Assembly: GCA_964016885.1 (NCBI GenBank)
Contig: OZ024747.1
Span: forward strand, 71,300,001 to 71,364,000
Direction of reading: 5' to 3'
Length of the DNA stretch: 64,000 bases
Source: Eledone cirrhosa
Lineage: Eukaryota
In this document: one piece after another, positions 1 to 12,455 of the stretch
How positions within the stretch are numbered: the first letter of the stretch is position 1
Layout: every line of letters starts with the position of its first letter
Notes under the pieces: generated by a model
The model's database searches: none
Told to the model about the DNA's origin: nothing
The model's input: only the letters and a program-made list of their open reading frames with translations
Made by a program: the position numbers and the translations under genes

Positions 1-108
1 ACATACATACACATACACACACACATATACACACACACATACATTAATAACGATACTAATAATAATAATAATAATAGCAATAATAATAATAACGACAACA
101 ACAATAAT

Positions 109-2589
109 GATTTCTTTATTAACCACAAGGGTTTACATAAAGTAGACATTAAGGACAGTGCAGGACAATGCAGGACGGTACAAATGGGCATTTCTGCGTG
201 TAAAAAAAACAAAAACAGAGGATGTAACAAAAATAACAATGAAAATAACAATGAAAAATTCCCCAATAGGGGGGAGACTTCGGAGGGACATTTGTGGAGA
301 AAGCCCAGTAAAAAGCCACAATGACCCTGACCACCAAGGCAAGTGCCCTCTCCCAGTTTTCCACCTTTAGTTTACAGATATATACTCAGAGTCGGCCCAT
401 TCACTCGGGCCATTCTTGCTTCTCTCACCCATCTTTCAACAAAATGCTGGGAAGAGAGCACTTCCTTCTCTACTCTGATTTTCCTTTTCAAATGAAATTT
501 GAAAAAGTCAATCAGAGCATCACCGAAGAGGTAAGTGCTCGTCTTCAGCCCTTTCAAACGTGTCCACCATACTATCTCTTTCGCCATGGCCACCAGACAG
601 ATAAAAACTGCCTGCCCTTCCCGGCTAAAGGAGGAGGGCGGGGCAATCCTCACGATAGACTCAGATGATAGCTGGATCCGTCCTAAACGCGACAGCAGGT
701 GTTCGACATAAACCCACAAGTCAGCAATTTTCGGACACTGGACGAGTGCGTGCAGGACGGTTTCGTCGCCCTGCGCGCATCTCGGACATGCCCGGCTGAC
801 GGCACCTCCATGCCTGTAGAGTTTATCCCGAACTGGCAAGGCTCCTCGGTAGCACTGCCAGGCCAGAGATTTCTGGAAGTTGTCCATAGGCCCTGGCCCG
901 AAAGTTCTTCCGAAGAGATTGGCTAGTTGATTTTCGTCGACGCCTAGAGTTTCCCCAAGTACGTCGTCGCTCTTCCCCTCCACTAATCCTCTATAGAACG
1001 CCGAGGTGGAGTTTCCACCGATCACATTGCCCGATTGGTCGAGGGCTGTGAGCGCCTGAAGACATTCCAGTCTCCAGGCGCTCCCTCTCGGTCTTCGCTT
1101 GACCCAGGACTGCAGCTCCGTCAAGGAAACGAGCTGGGGAAAAACGCGTCTAGCAAACGGCGACCACACCTGATCACCGTCGAGGAAGAGGTGGAGATGT
1201 CGTAGCCTGAGCGCGTGCCTGCGCATCATCAGCCACGGCATGCCCAGCCCTCCACGTAGCGGGTGTTGACAACAGATGGACCGCCTGACCATCGGAGCAC
1301 GTCCCTTCCACAAAAAGCGAAAGAGCAAACGCTCCAGCGCAGTCAGGCGAGGCTTAGGACAAGGTACGACGGTTAGGCGGTAGCAGATGACAGACGCGAT
1401 GTACGCGTTAGCCACCTCCGCTCGACCTTTCAGGGATAGCTTCCTCTCCGCCCATTTCTGGGTGAGAGAAGCCACCCTGCTCGTCACCTCGTCCCAGTTT
1501 TTGTCCGTCTGGAGGTCCGGACCGAACCAGACCCCTAGCAATTTAACCGGTCCGTCCGTCCAGCGCCCGACGACGCTGTTGGACGGCATGGACCTGCCTC
1601 TCCAGGTGCCGAGCTGCAGGCCCACTGACTTTTCCTGGTTGATCATTGCTCCTGTCACCGCTTCGTATTCTCTTAGTGTAGTGCCGATCGCCTCGATGTG
1701 TTTGGCGTTCGACACCACTACGGTGACATCGTCCGCATATGCTGACACGGATCTTCCGCATCCTAGTTCGCGCGGGACTCCCCTCAACGTCTCCAGTTTG
1801 TGCAGTAATGGCTCGAGAGTCAATACGTACAAGAGGGACGAGAGGGGACATCCTTGGCGGACCGAGCGCATGATGTTGAACGGTTCCGACAGGTGACCGT
1901 TCACTCTCACCACAGAGCAGATGTCGCTGTGCATGGCAGCGATCCAGCCTCTGAAGACGGGCCCAAAGCCAGCCGCCCTCAGGACTGCCGCTAGGTAACG
2001 ATGGTCGACCCTATCGAAAGCTTTCGACTGATCTAAATTGATCAAGGACCCACCCGTGCCAGGTTCCCTAGCTACCCTCTCTACGATGTATCGCATGAGG
2101 TGGAGGTTGTCGTGGATGGATCTGTCGGGAATGGCGCATGTCTGCGCCTCTCCCACCAGACCACCAACGACAAGCGCCAACCTCTTTGCTAGCACCTTGG
2201 CCAAAATCTTAAACTCTGTGTTTAGCAGAGTTATGGGCCGGAAATTGTCTATGTTATCCCCCTTGTTCGGATCCTTTCTCAGCAGTGCCACCGCTCCTCG
2301 GCTCACAGAACTGGGAATTCTCCCGTTCTGTTGCCAGTTGCAGTAGACGTCCGCCAAGAGGCCTCCGAACAAGTCTGGCATCTGTACGTAAAGTTCATAG
2401 GGCAGACCATCCAAACCAGGCGATTTACCCCTTGTGCAGCCAGTCATTGCCTCCCTTACTTCAGCGGCTGTTATCGGCTTTTCGCAACACTTCGCCTCAG
2501 TGGCCGAGAGCCGCGGCAGTCCGTCGAGGTAGACACTAAAGTCCATCCCTCTACCCGGCCCCCCGCTGCCCCCGAACAGCTGAGCGAAG
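109..2589 (-). mobile_element. 5'-truncated Tx1/L1-clade non-LTR retrotransposon with 3' UTR and 19-bp target site duplication
   Basis: RT ORF (next feature). 3' UTR at ~109-371 with minus-strand AATAAA (TTTATT at 115-120). Direct repeat TAACGACAACAACAATAAT at 90-108 and 2590-2608 brackets the element. Confidence 0.93.
372..2588 (-). CDS. Tx1-like ORF2 fragment: reverse transcriptase plus C-terminal CCHC (zf-RVT-like) knuckle; endonuclease lost by 5' truncation
   Basis: Motifs KSPGLDG, NFRPITLLN, DQSKAFD, QGCPLS, YADD, LLGV and CPRC..ETVLHALVQC, with no stops over ~740 codons. The first ~26 aa of the tracked ORF 372..2669 are flanking microsatellite. Confidence 0.92.
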   Translation of the reverse strand, partial: FAQLFGGSGGPGRGMDFSVYLDGLPRLSATEAKCCEKPITAAEVREAMTGCTRGKSPGLDGLPYELYVQMPDLFGGLLADVYCNWQQNGRIPSSVSRGAVALLRKDPNKGDNIDNFRPITLLNTEFKILAKVLAKRLALVVGGLVGEAQTCAIPDRSIHDNLHLMRYIVERVAREPGTGGSLINLDQSKAFDRVDHRYLAAVLRAAGFGPVFRGWIAAMHSDICSVVRVNGHLSEPFNIMRSVRQGCPLSSLLYVLTLEPLLHKLETLRGVPRELGCGRSVSAYADDVTVVVSNAKHIEAIGTTLREYEAVTGAMINQEKSVGLQLGTWRGRSMPSNSVVGRWTDGPVKLLGVWFGPDLQTDKNWDEVTSRVASLTQKWAERKLSLKGRAEVANAYIASVICYRLTVVPCPKPRLTALERLLFRFLWKGRAPMVRRSICCQHPLRGGLGMPWLMMRRHALRLRHLHLFLDGDQVWSPFARRVFPQLVSLTELQSWVKRRPRGSAWRLECLQALTALDQSGNVIGGNSTSAFYRGLVEGKSDDVLGETLGVDENQLANLFGRTFGPGPMDNFQKSLAWQCYRGALPVRDKLYRHGGAVSRACPRCAQGDETVLHALVQCPKIADLWVYVEHLLSRLGRIQLSSESIVRIAPPSSFSREGQAVFICLVAMAKEIVWWTRLKGLKTSTYLFGDALIDFFKFHLKRKIRVEKEVLSSQHFVERWVREARMARVNGPTLSIYL

Positions 2590-2685
2590 TAACGACAACA
2601 ACAATAATAATATTCATATTCATATATATATACACACACACGCACATAAGCATATCTACACACAGACACACACGCGCGATAGCAA

Positions 2686-3204
2686 CTAACAGTGCTGCGA
2701 TCGAATGTGGCTTTTTAGCCCAGCCAATGATCTAAAATGTCTTGCACAGAGTCGGCAACCAAAACATTCACTGGGAATAGTCGGCTGTGGTTGGAGTTCG
2801 TGTACTTTTGCATGTCGCTTGAGCACTCCTGCTGATTTACATTCTCTACCACATGTTTGGCAAGCATGATGAGTAGCATCTCCAACAGCAGCCTGGTAGT
2901 CAATCACTGGTCTTACTTTATGACTGCGAAGATGACTTTCGAGTCCAGCTTTGCTTAGGCAGAGTCTCGCACAGACGCTGCATGTCAGCACCATAGGAGG
3001 ACCCTCGCCGTCTGGAAGTGCAACAGCAATGCCCTTCCTCACATCCCGCTTTACTTTCTCGTGTGCGATTCGAGATGCCTCAAAGGCAACTTTTCCCTCA
3101 TATACAGTCTTTCTCCATTTATTACGATCAGCAGCAATATTTTCCCATGTATCAGCAGAGATGTTAGCGTCTTTCAGAGGCTTTCAAGGAATCCTTATAC
3201 CTCT
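2686..3204 (-). pseudogene. RTE ORF C-terminus with three C2H2 zinc-finger motifs
   Basis: After the T7 run the frame reads RYKDSLKASLK..WENIAADRNKWR.., then CSVC..SKAGLESHLRSH, CQTC..SAGVLKRHAKVH and [17 protein letters not shown], ending at the stop at 2686. Confidence 0.85.
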
Positions 3205-5559
3205 TTTTTTGGTTTATGTGGCGGTCGTTTTCCTTTAACCAACTCTCCATAGAAGAGTTGTTTTGGTATTCTAGAATCCTTCATCCTGGCAAGGTGACCA
3301 CTCCAACGGAGTCGTTGCTTAAGCACAAGAGCTTCTATACTGTCACACATAGAGCTTTCCAAAATCTCGACATCACTGATGTGGTCCCTCCAATGAACGC
3401 CATGGATCCGTCTGAGACACATCTGATGGAAACGCTCCAATTGCTTAAGGTGGTGTCGATATGTGACCCAGGTCTCGCAGGCATAAAGAAGACAAGAGAG
3501 TACACATGCCCTGTACACCCTTACCTTTGTCCTCCTGCATATGTCTCGCCGACCCCAGAGTCGCCTTTCTAGCTTTCCGAAAGCATCACTTGCTTTCCTA
3601 ATCCTAAGTGAGATTTCACTGTCAAGGTTGCCGTATCGATTGATAGTGCTTCCCAGGTAGACAAACTGATCAACCACTCCAAGTCGTTTGCCATACACAT
3701 AGATGTTTGGTTCAGTGTACTGCTTACTAAGGGCAGGTTGGTACATGACGATGGTTTTCTTGAGACTGACAGTCAAACCCAGGGCAGTGCAAGCGTCAGA
3801 AAATGCATTCAAAATGTGATGCATGTCACTCTCTGTATGCGCTACAAGATCGCAATCATCTGCATACAAGAGGTCTCTTATGATTGATGTAAACACCTTT
3901 GTCTTCGCAGCAAAGCGCCTGATGTTAAATATGCTGCCTGAGGTTCGATATCGGATGTAAACACCATGCTCGCAATTCCTGAATGCAATACAGAAAACCA
4001 TTGCAAAGTATATGGCAAACAGGGTCGGTGCTGGAATATCCCCCTGTTTCACTCCATTTTTTACTGAGATAGGCTCCGACATGTTACCTCCGACATTAAC
4101 CCAAGCCTTCATGTCGTCATGGAAAGACCTAACTAAAGCAAGGAACTTATCAGGGCAACCAAGTTTCTGGAGAACCTTCCATAATGCATCTCTGTTGACA
4201 GTATCGAAAGCCTTTGTCAGATCGACAAAAACCTGATACAGATCCAAGCCTTGTTCAATGCACTTCTCCTGGAGCTGTCTAACTGAGAAGATCATATCAG
4301 TAGTGCTCCGTCCAGCACGAAAACCAGGTTGACTTTCAGGAAGGACACAATCTGCAATGTGTGTCAGCAGACGGTCCAGAAGCACCCTACATAAAACTTT
4401 CCATACGACAGAAAGCAATGATATACCTCTGTAGTTCCCACAATCATTCCTGTTACCCTTTCCCTTGTACAAGACCACCATTACTGCATCTCTCCAGTCC
4501 TCAGGTACGGATTCATTAGCCCATATCCTTCCAAACAAAGAGTGCAGATGTTGCAGGAGTCTCTCACCACCATATTGTAGTAGCTCAGCATGTATGCCAT
4601 CCATACCTGGAGATCTTCCACTGTTCAGCTTCGAAATAGCCACTGCAACCTCCACAAGCGTCGGAGGTTCTGCGAGAGCTACTTTCACAGGACTTTCTGG
4701 AATGAGATTGAGGAAATCTTCACTGACGACAGACGGCTGATTCAAAAGATCATGAAAGTGCTCTCGCCACCTTCGTAGAATTCCCTGTGTGTCACGAAGA
4801 AGTTCTTTGCCATCCTTGCTGCGAAGCGGTGTCACCAGCGAAGAAGACGGTCCATAAACCTCACGCAAGAGACTGTACAACAGCTTTGTGTTATTGGAAT
4901 CAGACGCAGTTTGTATCTCACCAGCCTTCTCACTCCACCACAGTTCCTTCATCTGAGAAAGACTCCGCCTAACACGTGATTTTACATCCCTGAGCTCCTC
5001 ATGCAACGTATTCCTCTCCTGTGGTTTTGCCGTCAAGTAGCGTGACAGAGCACGCCTCTTATCAGCCAACAAGTCTTCTATATGTACATCATTAAACCAG
5101 TCCTGATGTTTTCTCTGCACCAATCCCAGAACACGCCTGCCTACATCATAAACCGACTTTTTAAGGGTCGGCCAATCCTCACCAAGATCTGCAGCCTGCA
5201 TCTCTTCTTCCAATGTCCTCTTCACATTTTTATCCTTAAGACGAGCAGCATTCAATCTTTTGGGCAGGGTAACACCAGGAGCCCGGATTTTACGTTTGGT
5301 GATTAGTTTCACTTTTGCGCGTACCAGGCGGTGGTCCGTCCAGCACTCAGCTCCACGAAGAACACGAACACACTGCACATCCTGTCTGTCACGCATCCAG
5401 ACTAGGACGTAGTCCAAAAGATGCCATTCCTTAGATGCAGGATGCATCCATGTGGTCTTGAATTTGTTCTTTTGTTGGAACATGGTGTTGGTAACACACA
5501 GATCCAACTCCTCACACATCTGCAGCAGGAGCATACCATTGCTGTTACACTTTCCCACC
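3205..5559 (-). pseudogene. RTE endonuclease C-terminal part and reverse transcriptase
   Basis: TDHRLV, SPGMDGI, NYRGISLLS, DLTKAFD, GVKQG, LLYADD, FVYLGS, LLYACETW and RLRWSGH motifs. Confidence 0.92.
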
Positions 5560-6010
5560 CATGCCTTCCGATTACATTCCATGTGTTAAAATCCCTACCC
5601 ACTCTAGCATTAAAGTCACCAAGCACGATGACTTTGTCTGCCTGAGGGATATTTCTTAGAACACCTTTCAAGGCATGGTAAAAGGACAGTTTTTCTTCAT
5701 CGACAGAATTCATAGTTGGAGCATACACACTCACCAGGGTAGCATATCTTCCTTTGTCCAGCGGAACTCTCATGGACATAAGACGCTCACTAATCCCTAC
5801 TGGGAATTCTTCTAATTTATTCACAAGTGCAGTCTTAACAGCAAATCCTACCCCAGCCTCTCTTCTGGTTCCTTCATCTCTTCCTTTCCAGAAGAATGTA
5901 TATTCTCCACAAAATTCCGTAAGATGACCATCTCCAGCTAACCTCGTCTCAGATAAAGCCACGATGTCAAGATCGTAACGTCGAAGCTCCTTTGCAACAA
6001 GAGCGGTCCT
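5560..6010 (-). pseudogene. RTE APE-like endonuclease domain (N-terminal part)
   Basis: RTALVAKELRRYDLDIVALSETR, GVGFAV, SVYAPT and LGDFNARVG motifs. The most N-terminal APE motif (xWNV) is missing. Confidence 0.9.
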
Positions 6011-6164
6011 TATTGCCAATGATCTTTTTTGTTCCAGAACCTAAATTGCCAATTATCTCTTTTACATTGTTCTGGAACATCATTGAATTTGAAAAAAAAA
6101 AAAAAAAAAAAAGTAATAATAATAGTAATAATAATAATAATAATAATAGTACACTATTAATAAT

Positions 6165-6453
6165 TATTAATGCACTCGTGCAATGCCTGTGCGTGACGAA
6201 TATTTTTAAAGTGAGGAAAGACTGTGCACTGAGCCAATCCCACTCTCTGAGCGACAGTAGCTATAACCCGAAAAGAAGGAAAGATCAACATCATCGGTAA
6301 CTACTGAGCCGCAGGTTTTATATCGGAGTTAACCCAGTTTCCTGAGATGCCTTCTCCTAGAAGAATGCCCTGACAAGGGCTAGGGGTTCTTCACTCCCAG
6401 TGGTTTAACTGCGCGATCGGGCATCCAGCCCGATTATTTCTATGTCCCCGCGC
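6165..6453 (-). mobile_element. Non-autonomous RTE-derived element, subfamily B (partial)
   Basis: Closely matches 16745-17032. Shares CAATGCCTGTGC, CAACATCAT and CCTTCTCCTAGAA blocks with the 6998-7406 and 43712-44312 copies. Confidence 0.7.
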
Positions 6454-6598
6454 AAAAAAAAAAAAAAAAAAAAAAACCTCACTTATTGACACTTATACGT
6501 ACGACATACACACACACGCATACATATGCGCGCACACAGCAACACATACATACAAACAAACACACACACACGCTACTCTACTCACTTACACGCACACA

Positions 6599-6687
<89 letters not shown>

Positions 6688-6789
6688 CCGTCATTACTGA
6701 TACAAGATTACAAGATTATGTCAACTGTTGACTTTCAAGAGTTTGTATAGTTGAAGCCGATCGTATTACAGTCCAGTATTATTATAATT

Positions 6790-6942
6790 GCTTTACAGCA
6801 TAGAGTTATGGCTCTCCACGCTCTGAGCTCAAATCCCTCCGAGATCAACCTTGCCCTTCATCCCCACGGAGTCAACAAAAGAGAGTACCAGTAATGCGCT
6901 GGCCAGTCGCTGGATCCGTGCCAAAAGCAGAAAAATTATTAT
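6790..6942 (+). mobile_element. tRNA-derived SINE family 1, diverged partial copy
   Basis: CTGAGCTCAAATCCC B-box-like motif, GCCCTTCATCC core and AGTACCAGTAATGC. Confidence 0.75.
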
Positions 6943-6997
6943 TAAAGTTGTTTTCTTAATACTACATACATACATACATACATACATACATACATAC

Positions 6998-7406
6998 ATG
7001 GTGGCTGCCAACTCGTTTTCGAGTACGGCCACTACTTTATATCCATGTAGGCGAACCCCTACCGATGCGCTGAACGAGTGTAACTTTTTAGTCCAGCCAG
7101 TGACTTGAAAACTCTGGTACAAACACTACAGTTGTGACAATTATTGACACATATTGCTGGGCCCAAGGTACCATGTGATGACAAGTGCAGAGAGATCTCC
7201 AGATATAAAGCAATGCCTGTGCCCTGAAGCTTTTATAGTGAGCAAAGGCACTGCACAAAGCCAGTCCGACTCTCTTAACCAAGATGATATTTACCAAAAA
7301 GAACAAGTCAACATCATTGGATACCATCAGGGTTGCAGGTGTTATATCAGAGTTTTCCTTCTCCTAGAATTCTGCCTTGACAAAGGCTAAGGGGTCATCT
7401 CTCCCA
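6998..7406 (-). mobile_element. Non-autonomous RTE-derived element, subfamily A, 5'-truncated
   Basis: Near-identical reverse complement of 43910-44312. Flanked by (TACA)n on both sides. Confidence 0.8.
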
Positions 7407-7780
7407 CATACATACATACCATTAATGGAACAGTAAAAATATGTAAAACATTCCAAACATTTTGCATCTAATAACTGCATATACACATATACAGATACAA
7501 AGTATATACACATACACACATACAACTCAAAACATCCACATCCACACATACAATAACATCCATATCTACACATGCATGCATACATACATATCTACCTAGT
7601 TGATGTTGTGTAAGTTCCAATGAGAGAGTCTTGTGTCTATGCTAGAAACCGACTCTCTCTCTATTGGTAAAACTTTGTGAAATTTTAAAACCAGAAGAAC
7701 ATACATACATACATACATACATACATACATACATACATACATACATACATACATACATACATACATACATACATAAACTT

Positions 7781-7829
7781 CACTACACTAAAGTGTAGTG
7801 TACTACACTAAAGTGTAGTGTACTACACT
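7781..7829. repeat. 2.5 tandem copies of a 20-bp hairpin unit (ACTACACTAAAGTGTAGTGT)
   Basis: Read directly from the sequence. Confidence 0.9.
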
Positions 7830-9147
7830 TTTAAATTGTCCCTCAAATTATCAACAAGAATGATTTTTATCTTTTGTTATTTCATTGATTTCGATAAAGT
7901 GTTAAAATCATTTAAAACATTCATCGCATCCTTCGTATTCTAATTTTGTTAGATTCACTTTTAATAGCTTCTATACATAGATATATACACTATATATATG
8001 TAAAAGTTTGTAAAGCAATAAATAGATGAATGGATAGAGAACTAGTTGGATAGTTTGACAGGCATAAGTGAAGATAAATAACGAATTGTTGGAACAGGTA
8101 TAAACAGAAAGAGAAACAGAAACATGGAAACCTAGAAGACCAGGTTTGTCGACTTCCTAGTGATGGGACCTGGAAACTGATCACTGATATCAGATCTTAA
8201 TCAGGCGAACGTCAACCTGAGACAAACTCATACCCAGGAAGAAAATAGAAACCTAGACTGACCAATCCAATGTAAAATAAAGTATGTACGGCGTGAAAAA
8301 GTATGAGTGTGACTGTGGGCTGTAGTAAACAGTGTCGAAATAGGAGCATATTATATGTTGGCCAGTAAGGAAAATGAAATTCATTCGTGGCTCTAATACG
8401 CCTTGTTAGAAAACCGCGAGAGACGGAGCTCCGAAATTCAAATTATTTAAAAAATATATATGGTCATTGGGGTATGACTCACTACATTAATTATGTTAGA
8501 TCGTACATAACTATATGTTCTTCATACAGAAGATATCCATGGGAAATGTTTGACTGTCAGTATGTTAAATTACCCAATCAGTGAATAAGCTTCACATAAA
8601 ATGTTATCTGCTCAGTCGATAAAAGATATGGTAACTAAGTTGTAGATATGTCCAGTGATATCCCCACATTTAGCAAACATCAAACTCACTCCGCACTATA
8701 TATCCAAATTTAAATGTTTAATCAATTTGAATTTCAAATGCTCTCCCTTGCTTTGATTGACAAGAATTATCATTAATGCTAAGTATGTTAATCCCACTTA
8801 GCTGGAAAGTGTTCCAGTGTGAGCATATTATATGTATTTTTCATACTATTTTTCAGGATTCAAAGACCAAAAGTACTCTAACTAAAGCTGAAAATGTTGC
8901 CATATGAATGAGACAGCGAGGCCTCAGTCAATCAGGATATATTGTAAATATTTAGCTACATAAACTCGAAATACATTGATGCCATTCCTCAGATTTACGA
9001 GGAATACGTGGCTGTGTTTGAAAATGGAGGTGCGAGATACGTTTAGCTATGGAAATAGAAGACTGGTCAAACAATCGACCATCAATAGATTGATTGATTG
9101 TTTCATTGATTGTTGGATGAATGGATATATATATATATATATCTGTT

Positions 9148-9183
<36 letters not shown>

Positions 9184-9287
9184 CATACACATACATTCAT
9201 CCATCAATATGTATATATATATATATATATATATTATATATTATGAAATACTGTTGGCCCCTTGCTCACAATAATTTCTACATTTTC

Positions 9288-9335
<48 letters not shown>

Positions 9336-9339
9336 CGAA

Positions 9340-9489
9340 GGAAATGTGGTAAGGAACCAGGTGGACCATAACGCACCAAAGTACTCAATACTTGAGGTAG
9401 TAGAGTGGGTAATAGGAACCAGTAAGACTAATGTCCAGAATTAGCCGTCGAAACGGCTTGAGCTCAGCTGTCGGGGTCTTACTGGTTCC

Positions 9490-9491
<2 letters not shown>
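9340..9491. repeat. Dispersed repeat, probable PLE terminal fragment, with a 16-bp inverted repeat
   Basis: AGTACTC.ATACTT..GGTAGTAG block is also at ~13835-13950 and, inverted, at ~63020-63125. TAGGAACCAGTAAGAC and GTCTTACTGGTTCCTA form an inverted pair. Confidence 0.6.
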
Positions 9492-9520
<29 letters not shown>

Positions 9521-9549
9521 TGATGGATGAATGGATGTGTATGTATATA

Positions 9550-9641
<92 letters not shown>

Positions 9642-9670
9642 GACAGACAGAAGGAAAGAAAGAAAGCTAC

Positions 9671-9732
<62 letters not shown>

Positions 9733-10143
9733 CAACGGGAGAGAAAAGCATAGGGGTGAAAGGATGAAATATCAAGAGAAATGACACGCAAATAAACTCC
9801 CGTTCGTCAAAGCGACTTTTTCACCGAAACACCGACCTTGCAGAGATGGCTGTCACATAGAATTAACAAACGCAGCTGTTAGATGTCAGATCAACAAAAA
9901 TATGACAACAGCAGTTGCCTTGGAAAATCATAAAACATGAAAACATTTCGATTCAACAAAATCTACAAGGAAACTATTTACTGCCCTCAGCCTTCATATA
10001 TATATATTCCAGCTCTTTCCACCCCAGCTCTTACTGTCCTCCATCACTCCCTCCCTCCATTTATGTATGCAAACGTCCATATATACATATTAGATGTGAG
10101 TGTGTGTGTATGTGTGTGCGTGTATGAGTGTGTGTGTGCGCGC

Positions 10144-10183
<40 letters not shown>

Positions 10184-10188
10184 GTGTG

Positions 10189-10293
<105 letters not shown>

Positions 10294-10334
10294 GTGTGTG
10301 TGTGCGTGTGTGTGTGTGTGCGTGTGTGTGTGTG

Positions 10335-10480
10335 ATAATTGTTTCTACATTTGGCACAAGGCCAGCAATTATAGGGAAGAGGAAAATCGCTTATATCGAC
10401 TCCTGTATTTAACTGGTACTTTATTATTTCCATCTCGGAAGTATGAAAGGCAAAGCTGAGCTTCACAGGATATGGACTCA
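10335..10480 (-). mobile_element. tRNA-derived SINE family 1, diverged
   Basis: GGCACAAGGCCAGCAATT, CTGGTACTTT and ATGAAAGGCAAAG blocks. Confidence 0.75.
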
Positions 10481-10579
10481 ACTGTATGCGTGTGTATAAT
10501 GATAGTTATATTAATTATTATACATATCTAGTTACACACACACATACAACTACGTACGCACATACACACACACACATCC

Positions 10580-10623
<44 letters not shown>

Positions 10624-10693
10624 ATAAGCAATGAGTTATTTAATTTATTTTATAACAGATTAGAAGCACTCAACAATTTTCTTCCGGAGTATA

Positions 10694-10993
10694 ATATCAA
10701 TAATATTAATAAATAGAAGCTATCTTTATAAAAGCATATTTATTTTATTATATATATTTCAAGGGTACCAAAATTTTGGTACGCCCTCATCAGATAACAT
10801 ACAAAAGTTGATTTAAAGTTGGTTTACAGATAGTAACATATTCAAACTAGAACATTAAGTTCTAGTTTGAATATGTCACTATCCAACTTTTGTATTTTAT
10901 CTGATGAGTCGTACCAAAATGTTGGTACCCTTGAAATATATATAATAAAATAAATATGGTTTTATAAAGTTAGCTTTCATTTATTAATATTAT

Positions 10994-10999
<6 letters not shown>
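10694..10999. mobile_element. Fold-back pair of hammerhead-containing PLE-type terminal repeats
   Basis: Inverted arms around ATTAA at 10854-10858. CTGATGA(10901-10907)..stem II GTACCAA/TTGGTAC..GAAA(10933-10936) on +, mirrored at 10757-10793 on -. Confidence 0.75.
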
Positions 11000-11057
<58 letters not shown>

Positions 11058-11065
<8 letters not shown>

Positions 11066-12408
11066 TAAAATAACAGATTAAAGTTTAAGCAAAGAATCGT
11101 TGCTTTCACTCTTAACGGGATCTTCTGAAACTAACAAAGTCAATCTGTGAACGAAGAAGTGAATATTTCAAAAAACGTTGCAACCGGAGGAAGACAGGAA
11201 GACGATACTTTGGTTCGTGGAAACGTTCCATGGCGGGGAAAAACGAATATAATACGTCATTAATAGGAGCGGTGAAAAACACGTTTATGGTATGAGTCGA
11301 TTTGTCGATAAGGTAGCATATACAGAGTACGAGAATAGACCTAGAAGAAATAGATCTCGACGCATTATATGGTATAACCCACCATATAATATGGAGGTGG
11401 CCACACCATTAGCTAAGATCTTTCTCTCCCTTATTATGAAGCATTTTTCTCCTACACATAAATATAGTAAAAATTTTAATAGAAATACTATTAAAATTTC
11501 TTACTCTACGACTCCTAACTTTGCACATAACATCACAGCTTCAAATTTAGCTAAACTACCTAGCCGTAGGAACACGTGCAACCCTGTAGTTAGTACTAAC
11601 TGTAATTGTAGGAATCGGGTTGTGCGCCCCTATCCGGAATATGCCTCTCTAGTAACATTGTCTACAAATGTAAGGTTGAAACACCCACGTCCCGTAGGGC
11701 CAACATAGGGTTAACCGCCAATAGATTCAAGCAGCGTCTTTACATGCATACCCATTCTTTTCGTTACCCTTTAAGAAGGAATATGACGTCACTTTCAGCT
11801 TATGTCTGGAGTCTAAAAGACAACCACACCCAATATAAGTTACACTGGGAGAACATAGCTAGGGCTAGATCGTATAACGGAAATAAAAGACCATGTGACC
11901 TCTGCACCGCTGAGGCCCTGGAAATACTCTACGCCAAAGACCACATCTTAAACAAAAATCTGAGGCAATTTCGGCTTGTAAACATAAATTGCACAAAACT
12001 TTCCTGTATTACAGCCCTACATTATACCCTAAAGGATAGTACGAACTATATGCGGATATTTTACGTCTTGATGTGGTAGCTAAGTATATGTTATGTTTAT
12101 ACCATTACTTATTTGTATAGATAAGTATATATTACCTGTATGTTTTGTGAAGGTACGTATACTTTCTCGTACGTATATTTGATTGTATATGTTATGGCGT
12201 ATATTTTATTTTTTCTGGTACAAATGTTTTGATTATGCGTCTGTGTGAGTATGCGGGTTCGTACGTATGTAGTATATGCGTACTTCGTGTTTTGGTTGAC
12301 GTTCATCTCCGAACATAAGTGTATTTACATGTAGGTATGTGTGTGCTCTTGTTATATACGTATTTATTTATTTATTTATATACGTTTATTTAATTATATG
12401 TATACACG

Positions 12409-12455
<47 letters not shown>

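Larger units (their letters stand above)
2680..6012 (-). mobile_element. RTE-clade LINE, nearly full ORF (APE + RT + C2H2 tail), slightly 5'-truncated, two single-base frameshifts
   Basis: Three consecutive minus-strand ORFs (5402..6019, 3195..5582, 2686..3042) join into one polyprotein if single indels at ~5558-5560 and ~3204-3210 are corrected. Confidence 0.93.

Noticed and set aside
2589-2669. N-terminus MSVCRYAY.. of the 765-aa ORF
   Set aside because: It lies in or beyond the TSD, in flanking simple repeats, so it is fortuitous read-through.
699-5645. Plus-strand ORFs over the two LINEs
   Set aside because: They are antisense shadows of the RT ORFs with no motifs of their own.
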